NCBI GenBank assembly: GCA_963785505.1
Contig: CAWAVN010000015.1
Span: forward strand, 82,918-146,917
Direction: 5' to 3'
Length of the DNA: 64,000 bases
Source: an uncultured Planctomycetaceae bacterium
Lineage (GTDB): Bacteria > Planctomycetota > Planctomycetia > Planctomycetales > Planctomycetaceae
Shown: positions 43,362 to 53,523 of the stretch, one piece after another
How the letters are laid out: each line of letters begins with the position of its first letter
Position numbering within the stretch: position 1 is the first letter of the stretch
Position numbers and translations under genes: made by a program
Notes under the pieces: generated by a model
What the model saw: the letters and a program-made list of their open reading frames with translations, nothing else
What the model was told of the DNA's origin: nothing
Database searches by the model: none

Positions 43362-44315
43362 TCATCCAATTTTATAGAACGAGGCCGGGTCTTCCCATTG
43401 GCCCATTTCTTGCTGGAACGTCATGCTTTTATCCACTTCCAACAAGCCGTCGGGAGCCAACGAAATCGCCACCCGTTCCAAAGGGCGCGGGGCCGGGCCT
43501 TCAAAATTGACCCCATCAATGTAAAACCCGGAACCGTGGCACGGGCATTTGAATTTCTGTTCGCCTTCCAACCAACTCGGCGTACACCCCAGATGCGTGC
43601 AAACCGAACGCAAGGCGAAGATAATTTGATTGCCTTGGTAGACGGTGTTCACAATCCAAACGCCGTACTCGGCTTTGTATTTGGTGGCCACGGAACCGGC
43701 AGAAAATTCGCTGGGGCCGCCGACTTTGAATTTACTGGGCGGTTCGACCAGCACGTTGGGCATCATAAAGCGAGCCAACCCCAACAAAAACGCACCCGAA
43801 GCCGTGGACAGCAACACCCACGCCGCGATGAACGGCGAATACAGCCAAGCCAGCAAAAACACCCGGCGATCTTGATCTTCTTGCGCCGCTTTATTCTTGG
43901 CTGCCCGAATCGCACCGGCCGCAACGGGTTTTTTCGGCGTCGGCTGGGCGGCTTTGTCTTCGACCGGCTTGCCTTCCCGGGCGGCTTTCAGCATCTCTTG
44001 CAGAGATGGTTTTTCGCCCTCAGCTTGAGTGACCGGTTTTTTGACGGCGGCTTTTTTGGCCGCCGGCTTGGAACCGGCATCCGCAGTTTTCGCTCCGCCG
44101 CTGGCTCCTTGAGCGCGAAGGGCGGCCATGATGTCTTTGGTCGATTTGGGAGCCGGCCCAGTTTTCGCAGCAGGGGCCTTTGGGGCAGCGGATTCTTCAC
44201 CGGCGGAACTGCTTTCGGAAGATTCCGTTTCCGCCGGGTCATCTCCGCCAGCCTTCGCCGCTGCTTGTGCGCGTAATGCGGCCATGATGTCCTTGGTCGA
44301 CTTTTTCTTGGCCAT
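43362..44315 (-). CDS. Rieske [2Fe-2S] subunit with a long low-complexity N-terminal extension
   Basis: Cluster boxes CTHLGC and CPCHGS. TM anchor VFLLAWLYSPFIAAWVLLSTASGAFLLGL. The ATG at 44315 lies within ORF 43362..44342. The N-terminal ~160 aa are A/K/P/G-rich. Confidence 0.9.
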   Translation of the reverse strand: MAKKKSTKDIMAALRAQAAAKAGGDDPAETESSESSSAGEESAAPKAPAAKTGPAPKSTKDIMAALRAQGASGGAKTADAGSKPAAKKAAVKKPVTQAEGEKPSLQEMLKAAREGKPVEDKAAQPTPKKPVAAGAIRAAKNKAAQEDQDRRVFLLAWLYSPFIAAWVLLSTASGAFLLGLARFMMPNVLVEPPSKFKVGGPSEFSAGSVATKYKAEYGVWIVNTVYQGNQIIFALRSVCTHLGCTPSWLEGEQKFKCPCHGSGFYIDGVNFEGPAPRPLERVAISLAPDGLLEVDKSMTFQQEMGQWEDPASFYKIG

Positions 44316-44614
44316 GTCATCCTCGATGAAAAGTCTGGTCACAAACCGATCAACTGCGGAATTCTGTCAGGAACTCATCCAAGTGGCAACCACAAAAGCG
44401 GCTTCCCGTCATTTTTCTCAGAAGCTAGAGAACCGTAAGAAATGATTTCTCAGAGTTGAGAAGGCAGGCGTTTGGGAAACGTCCTCCGCGCTTTCCCGCA
44501 AATCTCACGCATTGTTGGAAACTCCCGCGAAATTCGCAACCCTCCGCCTGGGAAATCCCAATCGCCAAATCCCAAAGGCCGATTTTTCTCATCGATTTGC
44601 TGAGATTTATCTGC

Positions 44615-45493
44615 TTACGCTCCCGGATCGAACAGCAGCGGATGGAATTGGCCTTTCAAGGGTTCGCCGACGGGGATGATTTCCGTGCCTTGCAGCAAGG
44701 CGGCGGAGGAGTCGGAACGAACGCCGTCTTTCACCGCGTTGATGACGGTAGCCCGGCGGGATTGGCTGCTTTGGTTGGCGAAGGAACCGTGGACCATCAG
44801 CGGATGATGAAACGACGCTTCACCCGCTTTAAGTTCCACCGCGACCGGGTTTTGGAACTGTTCCCATTGCTCTTCGGTTAGGACTTCGCGAATGGCCTGC
44901 ATGTCGCCCGCCAATCCGGTGATGGGCAGCAAGTTCCAACGATGGCTGCCGGGGACGTAATGCACGCAGCCGTTGTTCAAGGTGGAATTGTCCAGGCCGA
45001 TCCAGCAGGTCAGGTGGGCCATCGGTTGGGTGCGGGTCCAATAGGAATAATCTTGATGCCAAGCCACCACTCCGCCGTGCCGGGCGGGTTTGCAGAACAA
45101 TTGATCGTGCCAGAACCGCACGGCTCCGCCCAAAAGTTGGCTCGCCGGAACCGTAAACGCCGGATGCCAAAGCAAATCGTGAAACCCCGGCGAAATCCGC
45201 CAGGCTCCCAAAGCGTGAAACAGCACTTGGTTGGGGTCCGCCGATTCGTTGGCGTGGTATTCGTGCCAGAGTTCCCGCCCCGCATGATCGGGCTGAAAAA
45301 ACGCGGCCAATTCTTCCCGCAAAATCGCGATTTGGGCCTCATCCAAAATCCGCACGCCCGCCAAGTAACCCCGTTCGCGATAAAACGCCACCTGTTCTTC
45401 ACTCAGCCGATAGCGCGCCTGATCCGCAAAGGGCGAAGTTTCTTCAACAAATCTCCCCAGGGGTTGATGGACTTGAGAAAGATCCGCCGCCAT
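44615..45493 (-). CDS. Phytanoyl-CoA dioxygenase (PhyH) family Fe(II)/2-oxoglutarate oxygenase
   Basis: The ATG at 45493 lies in ORF 44615..45532. Motifs: [31 protein letters not shown]. Confidence 0.82.
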   Translation of the reverse strand: MAADLSQVHQPLGRFVEETSPFADQARYRLSEEQVAFYRERGYLAGVRILDEAQIAILREELAAFFQPDHAGRELWHEYHANESADPNQVLFHALGAWRISPGFHDLLWHPAFTVPASQLLGGAVRFWHDQLFCKPARHGGVVAWHQDYSYWTRTQPMAHLTCWIGLDNSTLNNGCVHYVPGSHRWNLLPITGLAGDMQAIREVLTEEQWEQFQNPVAVELKAGEASFHHPLMVHGSFANQSSQSRRATVINAVKDGVRSDSSAALLQGTEIIPVGEPLKGQFHPLLFDPGA

Positions 45494-45637
45494 GTTGGTT
45501 GTCCTCGTGATTTTATCGGGTCGGAATCGCATCCCGCAGAATTGCTTATCTTATCAGACCGCGGCTTTGCCTGAGATGCCTTTGATTGTATTCTGGGGAG
45601 ATTCCCCGGAACATCATTCTTTCGCTTGGAGACTCCC

Positions 45638-45925
45638 ATGATTTACGGCAACATCGTCCTGACTGTCAACGAGGAACAAGACATCCCCGCCATTCGCGAA
45701 CTTTTGGCCGAGCAAGGTCGGCTGTCCCGCGAGGAACCGGGCTGCGAACGCTTTGAAGTCTATCATTCCCAATCCGACCCCAAAACCTTCCTCTTGATCG
45801 AACGCTGGGCCAGCCAAGAAGCCTTGGACGAACACCGCAAAGCCAAAGCCTACACGACCATTTATCAACCCCAAGTCCTCCCCCGCGTCAGCAGAATTCC
45901 ACACGTCTCGGATCTGGTCGAGTAG
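45638..45925 (+). CDS. Antibiotic biosynthesis monooxygenase (ABM) family protein
   Basis: The ATG at 45638 gives MIYGNIVLTV...EPGCERFEVYHSQSDPKTFLLIERWASQEALDEHRKAKAY, typical of the ABM/YgiN-like family. Confidence 0.8.
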   Translation: MIYGNIVLTVNEEQDIPAIRELLAEQGRLSREEPGCERFEVYHSQSDPKTFLLIERWASQEALDEHRKAKAYTTIYQPQVLPRVSRIPHVSDLVE

Positions 45926-46100
45926 ACTTTAGACTGTAGGCTGTAGGCTGTAGCCAAACTAAAATCTGAAAACCAAGTTACTTGATTGTCCCATCAACGA
46001 GATGCGAAGCGGGGCTTCGCGAGAGTGTGTTCCCAAGCAGAGCTTGGGAACGAGATTGAACTGAAAACTGAAAACCATCTGACAAAGGACCACAAACAAC

Positions 46101-47776
46101 ATGCAACTCAACCGTTATAGTGCCCGCGTGACTCAACCGCGTTCTCAGGGGGCTTCGCAAGCCATGCTCTACGGCACGGGCATGACCGAAGAAGACATGA
46201 ACAAGCCCCAAATCGGCATCGCCAGCATGTGGTACGAAGGCAACACCTGCAACATGCACCTCAACGACTTGGCCGCCGGGGTTCATGCGGGCGTGAAGTC
46301 GGCGGGCATGGTCGGCATGCGATTTAACACCATCGGCGTCAGCGATGGAATTTCGATGGGAACCGACGGCATGTCGTACTCGCTGCAATCGCGGGACTTA
46401 ATCGCAGACTCCATCGAAACCGTGATGGCCGCCCAATGGTACGATGCCCTTATCACGCTGCCCGGCTGCGACAAAAACATGCCCGGCTGTTTAATGGCAA
46501 TGGGCCGCCTCAATCGCCCCGCGATCATGGTCTATGGAGGAACCATCAAAGCCGGCTGCAATTCCTTCCGCGAGAAGTTGGACATCGTTTCCGCGTTTCA
46601 ATCCTACGGCGAATATCTTTCCGAATCCATCAGCGATGCCGAGCGAAAAGAAATCGTCCAAAAAAGCTGCCCGGCGCGGGAGCCTGCGGCGGAATGTATA
46701 CCGCCAACACGATGGCCTCCGCCATTGAAGCTCTGGGCATGAGCCTGCCTTATAGTTCTTCCATTCCCGCCGAAGATCCCGCCAAGCAGGAGGAATGCCG
46801 GCGGGCAGGCGAAGCGATTTTGCATCTCTTGGAACGCAACCTTTGCCCGCGCGAAATCATGACCCGCGAAGCCTTCGAGAACGCCATGGTCATCATCATG
46901 GCTTTGGGCGGTTCCACGAATGCCGTGCTGCACTTGATCGCCATGTCGCGGGCGGTGGACGTGAATTTGACGCTCGACGACTTCCAAAAAGTCAGCGACC
47001 GCGTGCCTTACGTGGCCGACCTCAAACCCAGCGGCAAGTACGTGATGGAAGATCTGCACCACATCGGCGGCACGCCGGCGGTCATCAAATACCTGCTGGA
47101 TGCCGGCCTAATGAACGGCGAATGCCTAACCGTCACCGGCAAGACGCTCGCCGAGAACGTGGTCGATTTGCCGGGCCTTTCCGCGGGCCAGGAAATCATC
47201 CGCCCCATCGACCAACCCATCAAACCCAGCGGGCACTTGCAGATTCTGCGGGGCAACGTGGCCCCGGAAGGTTCGGTCGCCAAGATCACCGGCAAGGAAG
47301 GCTTGAAATTCACCGGCCCCGCCCGCGTGTTCGATTCCGAAGAAGACATGCTCAAAGGCTTGGAAGACAAGAAGATTCAAAAAGGGGACGTGGTGGTGAT
47401 TCGCTATGAAGGCCCCAAAGGCGGGCCGGGCATGCCGGAGATGCTCACGCCCACTTCCGCCATCATGGGGGCCGGGCTTGGCTCGGACGTGGCCCTGCTG
47501 ACCGATGGCCGATTTTCCGGCGGTTCGCACGGCTTCATCGTGGGCCACATCACGCCCGAAGCCCAAGAAGGCGGCCCGCTGGCCCTGTTGGAAGATGGCG
47601 ACATCATCACCATCGATGCCGACCGCAAACGCATCGATGCGGCTCTCGCCGATGAAGTCCTCGCCGACCGCGCCGCCCGCTGGAAGAAGCCCCCCTACAA
47701 AGCCAACCGGGGCACACTCTATAAATACATCAAAACCGTAAAAACCGCCTCCGAAGGCTGCGTCACAGATGAGTGA
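46101..47776 (+). CDS. ilvD: Dihydroxy-acid dehydratase; one frame break near 46671
   Basis: ORF 46101..46742 reads ...[19 protein letters not shown]...[10 protein letters not shown]...IVQKSCP. After a 1-nt deletion in a C-run, ORF 46436..47776 continues [22 protein letters not shown]...[23 protein letters not shown]. Confidence 0.95.
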
Positions 47777-47929
47777 ATGTAAGTTGAAATAGAGTGGGCC
47801 GTCCACCAAATCGGTCTGATGTTAAGCCCGTTTACCTCATGTCAAAACATGCGTCTCCACTACAAATGCTGGGGAACGAGGGTATGATTGCTCCCTTCCA
47901 CTCGATCACAATTCCAGAGTAATTACGAT

Positions 47930-50284
47930 ATGAGTGTGCCCTACCACCAGTTGAATCAACTCGTAGCAATGGGCGTTCTCTCCGAAGAGGATCTCAGTAT
48001 TATTAAGGACTGGGCTGTTCCCTTTGAGCACCTTATCGATCTTCTTTTCGATAAAGGGCGGATGACCAAATATCAGGCCGACCTAATTTGCAACCGCCGG
48101 GCGGAATGTTAGTCATCGGCGAATACATCATCCTCGACAAGTTGGGGGCCGGCGGAATGGGCGTGGTCTATAAAGCCCGGTACCGCCGATGCACCGTGAA
48201 GTGGCGATCAAGATGCTGCTGGAATCCGGGCAGCAATCGGAAGAAAAGATCGAGCGGTTTCGGCGAGTAGCCATCGCCGCCGTCCGCATGAATCACCCGA
48301 ACATCGTCACCGCGTATGCCGGCAACGAGCACGAAGGCATCCCTACTTGGTGATGGAGTACGTCAAAGGCCGGGATTTGGCTTCGCTGGTTAAAGAGGGC
48401 GACAAACTGCCAATCCCCGAAGCGGTGAATTACGTTCTGCAAACCGCTGTCGGCATGGCTTACGCGCACAGCCGGCACATCATTCACCGCGACTTGAAGC
48501 CGTCCAATCTGCTTTTGGCCACGCCGGACGATGCGGACATTCGAGCCGGACAATATTCTCGCGTGAAGATTCTTGATATAGGTCTGGCTCGGCTGACGCA
48601 CCCGGAAGGTGAAGTGGTCTCGCCCGCCTTGGAAGGCAGCGATCATTCCGCGGCCCAGGCTTTGATGGGAATTGTGGCCTATATGGCCCCGGAGCAAATC
48701 TTGGACACTAAGCGGGCCGACCACCGCACAGACATTTACAGCCTGGGTTGCACCCTTTATTTCCTTTTGACGAAAAAACCCGTTTATACCAGCATTAACC
48801 CGTTGCAACAGATTTCCGCTATTCTGACCGATAACGTGCCCTCGCTCAAGGCGGCACGTCCCGATGCTCCCGAAGAGTTGGAAGCCGTCTTCCAAAAAAT
48901 GGTGGCTAAGAACCCCAAGGACCGTTGCCAGTCTATGATGGAAGTCGTCGAGACCTTGGGAAAAATCGATCGGCAGCTCAGCGGCCTCGATTCCTCACCT
49001 TCCCACTGGTCCGGCAGCAGTCCCGACGCTTGTGTCGAGTTTGCACAACCGGGATCTCCCTATGGAACGAAATCGAAATCGGGGTCGGGGTCGCAAGGCT
49101 CGGCTCCCACGATTGCTTCCGGGTCCGGTCCGGTTCCAGGTGTCGTTGGTTCCTCCTATGGCAGCACATCTTACGGAGAAGATTTACCCATCGATTGCAC
49201 GCTGAGGAGCAATGATCGCCCGCTGTTGAGTAACCGCAAATCGGTCATTTCCTTCCTGAAAGATGTCATAAAGTCGAGTTGGGTCTATGGAGGAAAGCAG
49301 AAAAAGCGATCCAACGAGGGGAAAGCGAGTAAGCGAACAAGCCCTAAACAAACTTCCTCAATTGTTCCAATCGACTTAGGCGAACCGACTTTAGAGAGAG
49401 GACATTTTGAGGATTCCGATTGGCAGAAAAAAGATGCGGTCGATTGTTCGGTGTTTGCCCCGCCGACCGTTGTTCTGCAAGACATGGTTCTCGTGCAAGT
49501 TTTTGTTCACAACCCAGCGGAATATCAAGCCGCTTCTGAGACGGCAAAACGATTCGATGATGATGCCAAGCCGCGGGGAACGACCTCTTTGGGGACTTTG
49601 ATCAAACGGGGCGAAAGGCTTGCTTTCGAGTTGTGTATTCCAAACTTTGAAGTGGAGGAGACCCGTCAGCAATTGATCTGGTCCGGCAGAACGGCATCTG
49701 TCCAATTTGTAGTGCGGGTAGGAACGCAAGTTAGTTTGGGAACGTCAATAGGAGCCGTTGTCGTCTCCCAAGGTTCCATTCCAATTGGAAAAATCCAATT
49801 CAAGATCTCGATTGTCGGCACTGGTCAAACCTCACCCCTTGAACTCGTTCATGGAGAAGTGTCTCGCTACAAGCAGGCATTTATCTCCTATGCTTCTCAA
49901 GATCGATCAGAAGTTCTTCGACGAGTCCAAATGTTAAAGGCTGTTGGAATCCGATTCTTTCAAGACATCTTTGATTTAAACCCAGGGGATCGCTGGAAGA
50001 CGAAGCTCTACGAGAAAATAAATGAATGCGATGTCCTATTTTTGTTTTGGTCCACGGCAGCGAAACAGTCCGAGTGGGTCGAAAAGGAGTGGAAGTTCGG
50101 CCTTGAATGGCGAGGCGACCAATTTATACGACCGATAGTCATCGAAGGCCCTCCCATTCCAAGCCCGCCGCCCGAACTCGCTCATTTGCATTTTGGCGAT
50201 CCTGTGTTGTATTTCCTTACGAAGACATGGTTTCAAAGGCTGGTTTTTTTGCTGAGTCGGTTTTCACTCCGATCTAGATCTTGA
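47930..50284 (+). CDS. Ser/Thr protein kinase - beta-sandwich-like module - TIR domain fusion; three frame breaks in the kinase N-lobe (~48095, ~48185, ~48343)
   Basis: The N-terminus MSVPYHQ...LTKYQADLI, G-loop LGAGGMGVVYKA and MHREVAIKML lie in three short frames. ORF 48347..50284 then carries HRDLKPSNLL, DIGLA and YMAPEQ, an S/G-rich linker, and the TIR domain (AFISYASQDRSEVL...CDVLFLFWSTAAKQSEWVEKEW). Confidence 0.8.
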
Positions 50285-50454
50285 TGTTGAAACTGCGGCT
50301 AATAACAACAGGCTCGCTGGGGTCAGGTTGTCGCGGTTGGGTCTGAATCTATAATTACCGTGATCGACAATCTTCCCCCAGGGTTTCGCTCGCCCATGTT
50401 CTCGCAAGAGGGGCAGACATCGGAAATCATGGCATGAATCGAAGGTGACCCACT

Positions 50455-51312
50455 ATGGCCAACATCGCCAAAAAAGTTCCTGAAAATGTTCCCGGTGATT
50501 TCTTTGTGGATTCGACCTGCATCGATTGTGATGCCTGCCGGCAAATTGCTCCCCAGGTTTTTGCCGAGGCCAAAGAGACATCTTTTGTGAAAGTGCAACC
50601 TCAAAGTTCCTCCGACCGCAGGCAAGCCATCTTTGCCTTGCTGTCCTGTCCAACCGGTTCGATTGGTTGTTTAGGGAACGATGATGTTAAAACCGCTCTG
50701 GGTGATTTTCCTTTGCTTGTCGAAGACCCCGTGTTCTACTGCGGCTTCAACTCTCCCAAATCCTTTGGAGGCAACAGCTACTTTGTCGAACATCCCCAAG
50801 GGAATTGGCTGATCGATGCTCCAAAATTTCAGAAAACTTTGGTCAAACGGTTGGAGGAACGGGGCGGAATCACCCACATTTTCTTGACCCATCGGGACGA
50901 TGTGGCAGAAGCGGAGCGGTTCGCCGAGCACTTTGCAGCCCGGCGAATGATTGATCGGCGGGAACTGCACTCTCAACCGGATGCCGAGATGATTCTGGAG
51001 GGAAATGAACCCACCCCACTCGCTGCCGATTTTCTGGCGATCCCCACGCCGGGTCATACGGAAGGCCACTGTTGCCTGCTATTCCGCAATCGGTTTCTCT
51101 TTACAGGAGACCACCTGTCTTGGGGCCGACGTGAAAAACAACTTCGGGCCTCGCACAGTTATTGCTGGTATTCCTGGGAAGACCAAAAAACGTCCATGAG
51201 TCGGCTGGCCGATTACGAATTCGAGTGGGTGCTGCCAGGACATGGCCAACGAGTGAAGTTGCCAAAGGAGAAAATGTCCGCAGAAGTTCGTGAACTTGTG
51301 GGAAGGATGTAA
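50455..51312 (+). CDS. Ferredoxin-like (single 4Fe-4S type) domain fused to an MBL-fold metallo-hydrolase
   Basis: 285-aa ORF. The N-terminus FFVDSTCIDCDACRQIAPQVF...SCPTGSI is ferredoxin-like. The MBL motif is FLTHRDDVAE (HxxDD variant), followed by TPGHTEGH and LPGHG. Confidence 0.8.
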   Translation: MANIAKKVPENVPGDFFVDSTCIDCDACRQIAPQVFAEAKETSFVKVQPQSSSDRRQAIFALLSCPTGSIGCLGNDDVKTALGDFPLLVEDPVFYCGFNSPKSFGGNSYFVEHPQGNWLIDAPKFQKTLVKRLEERGGITHIFLTHRDDVAEAERFAEHFAARRMIDRRELHSQPDAEMILEGNEPTPLAADFLAIPTPGHTEGHCCLLFRNRFLFTGDHLSWGRREKQLRASHSYCWYSWEDQKTSMSRLADYEFEWVLPGHGQRVKLPKEKMSAEVRELVGRM

Positions 51313-51333
51313 CTGCTTCAATCCGACAATTTC

Positions 51334-51362
51334 ACTTACTGCGACAGCCTGTCGCAGTAAGT
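51334..51362. terminator. Perfect 13-bp hairpin between convergent genes (candidate bidirectional terminator)
   Basis: ACTTACTGCGACA-GCC-TGTCGCAGTAAGT lies 22 nt after the stop of the Fer4-MBL gene. Confidence 0.5.
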
Positions 51363-51505
51363 ATAGGGCCGGCGAAGATAGGGGTCAGGAAGTTCGGTTG
51401 TGCCGAACCCCCTTCCCTCCGAACCGTGTGTGCAACTCCCGCACACGGCTCTCCGGTTAAGGGTTCACCTCAGTGAGGATTGGCAGGGCGAAGTCTGGGC
51501 AGTTT

Positions 51506-51778
51506 TCAGACTGAACAACCCATGTTCATCGAGGCAACGACAACTCCCAAGTCAGTGCATCTCCTTCGGGAATGCCCTCGACACCCAGTCGTCTCATCAT
51601 AAACAACAATTGCGTTCGATGGTGCATTCCAGATGATGTGTGCGAAGGTTCGACGCACGGTTCGGTGGCCGATGTCGAACTCCTGATCCAGTTGGTTGTC
51701 GCTTAGGGTTCCTGCCAGATCGAGCAATTGGCGGGTCGTCCAAGAATCATGCCCCAACAGACGGTCAAGCAGGTCCAT
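51506..51778 (-). pseudogene. DinB-family remnant (internally deleted and/or frameshifted)
   Basis: The ATG at 51778 gives MDLLDRLLGHDSWTTRQLLDLAGTLSDNQLDQEFDIGHRTVRRTFAHIIWN, a DinB helix 1-2. A DinB-like C-terminus (MHHRTQLLFMMRRLGVEG) follows immediately in another frame. The central part of a normal ~160-aa DinB is missing. Confidence 0.4.
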
Positions 51779-51809
51779 CACGGTTCCTCGGATTGTCAAA
51801 TGGGAGTAT

Positions 51810-52760
51810 TTAGAGAGCCACTTGGTCCAGACGTTTTCCCATGCTGAGGCGATCTTCGACCGAATAGCCCAGACTTTCGTAAAATGCCACGACACCCGTA
51901 TTCGTTGCCCGCACTTGAAGATTGACCTTCATGCAGCCGATCTCTCGTAGCCGCCGCTCTGCTTCGAGCATCATCGCTCGTCCGATTCCTTGCCTTTGAT
52001 TGTTGGGGTGAACTGCCACCAGATGCAACCAGCCCCGGTGTCCGTCAAAACCGGCCATCGTGGTTCCCACGACCCGCCCATCAATCACGCCGACAAGAAA
52101 CAATTCCCGCTGCACCGACAGCTTACGGCGGATGTCTTCACCGGGCACGTTCCACGACGGGGGATTCGGAAAGACTGTTGCCCACAGCCGGACAACCTCG
52201 GCTTCGTCTTCTTCCCGATACGGGCGAACGAGCAGCCCTGTCGTCTGAGCATCCTGCAAGATGGGATTCGTTTTCGAGTAGCAGATGACCTCGATCCCTT
52301 CGTGTTGAAAGCTCCGCTCAAACGCCATCCCTAGTTTCTCCATGATGCGGAGGGACGTCTTGTTCTCAGGCTGGGCCACGGAGATCAGGTGGGGAAAGTT
52401 CCATCGTCGGAAACCATACTCCATGACCGCATTGGCCGCTTCGGTGGCGAGTCCCTGTCCCCAATACTCCGGGAGCAGACGCCAACCGATCTCCACATCG
52501 GGTGCAAAGCCGTCCCAGAACCCGCAGAAGCCGATCAGTTCGGCATCTTCTCGGTGGATGACAGGCCAGAGAATCCAACCCCGCTGCCGACCAACTTCAA
52601 TAAAGTTCTCGATCCGAGCCTTGATTTGCTCGTCGGACCACGGCTTCCCGTGGCCGATGTACCGCAGCACCCGAGGATCGGTCGCCAACGGGCGGAAGCG
52701 TTTCCAGTCATCGGGAACCCACTCTCGCATAAAGAGCCGCTCGGTCTCGCAAATAATCAT
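51810..52760 (-). CDS. Tandem GNAT N-acetyltransferase fusion (RimJ/RimL-like + second GNAT)
   Basis: A GGAGG RBS precedes the ATG at 52760 (track ORF runs to 52778). First GNAT: IGWRLLPEYWGQGLATEAANAVMEYGF. Second GNAT: LVAVHPNNQRQGIGRAMMLEAERRLREIG. Confidence 0.82.
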   Translation of the reverse strand: MIICETERLFMREWVPDDWKRFRPLATDPRVLRYIGHGKPWSDEQIKARIENFIEVGRQRGWILWPVIHREDAELIGFCGFWDGFAPDVEIGWRLLPEYWGQGLATEAANAVMEYGFRRWNFPHLISVAQPENKTSLRIMEKLGMAFERSFQHEGIEVICYSKTNPILQDAQTTGLLVRPYREEDEAEVVRLWATVFPNPPSWNVPGEDIRRKLSVQRELFLVGVIDGRVVGTTMAGFDGHRGWLHLVAVHPNNQRQGIGRAMMLEAERRLREIGCMKVNLQVRATNTGVVAFYESLGYSVEDRLSMGKRLDQVAL

Positions 52761-52902
52761 CTCACCTCCGGGTTTCACGACTCCGCATCATCACCATGCA
52801 CTTTTCATATCCGGGGAACTTTGCCTTCATGAATTGTGGGCTGGCTGTGGAATTCCGTTTCCCCAACGACAATTAGCCTATCGATGCTCAGCCCCCACAA
52901 CA

Positions 52903-53523
52903 TTAACCTCGGCCAATCCGTGGCAAGAATCGTGCTGTCCTCGCCATGTAGTCTCGGTACTCGTCGCCGAATCGCTCGATCAGCTTGGCTTCCTCGATTC
53001 TGGTCCGAGCAACGAGAAAGGCGAATGGCAGGCATCCCATCAGGAAGATAAACCAATTGGCTGCCACGAGACTTCCGCCCACGAGGGCAATGGCGAAGGC
53101 CAAGTAGAACGGATGGCGGACGAACCGATAGGGGCCGGAGGTGACAAGGGTGTGTTCCTTGCGAGTGACCACCGTATCCGTCAGATTCTTCCCCAGATGG
53201 TGGAAGGTCCACACAAGCAGCAGGCCCCACAAGCATACGATCCCAAGCCCGATCCAACGAACCCAATCGGGAAGCGGCAATGACGACCATGCCATCCACT
53301 CTGGGTTAATCAGCCATGCAAGGCTGGCGACAAACCACGGCATGCCGCTCAGCCGAAGTCCAAACAGGATGAACGTTCCCTCCTGCCAACGATCCAGTTT
53401 CTCGCCGCTGATGGAACGAATGCGATAGTACAGTCCGAATGGACCAAACAAACCAACAACGATCACAATGGCGGTGCGAAAATAGTCGTCGATCATAATT
53501 CTTCGGAAATCTTCTAAAGTCAT
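52903..53523 (-). CDS. Isoprenylcysteine carboxyl methyltransferase (ICMT)-like membrane methyltransferase
   Basis: 206-aa polytopic ORF. LVTSGPYRFVRHPFYLAFAIALVG...RTRIEEAKLIERFGDEYRDYMARTARFLP is the ICMT/PEMT-type signature. It overlaps the upstream gene by 4 nt (ATGA). Confidence 0.8.
   Translation of the reverse strand: MTLEDFRRIMIDDYFRTAIVIVVGLFGPFGLYYRIRSISGEKLDRWQEGTFILFGLRLSGMPWFVASLAWLINPEWMAWSSLPLPDWVRWIGLGIVCLWGLLLVWTFHHLGKNLTDTVVTRKEHTLVTSGPYRFVRHPFYLAFAIALVGGSLVAANWFIFLMGCLPFAFLVARTRIEEAKLIERFGDEYRDYMARTARFLPRIGRG

Noticed and set aside
45934-45953. CRISPR array or minisatellite.
   Set aside because: There are only about three copies of a 7-nt unit, with no spacer structure. 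No repeat-spacer array occurs anywhere in the window.
47930-48350. Calling the kinase-TIR gene a pseudogene because of three closely spaced frame breaks.
   Set aside because: Not adopted as the primary call, because the same kind of break affects groEL, coxI and ilvD. The local density here (3 in ~260 nt) is higher than elsewhere, though, so genuine decay cannot be excluded.
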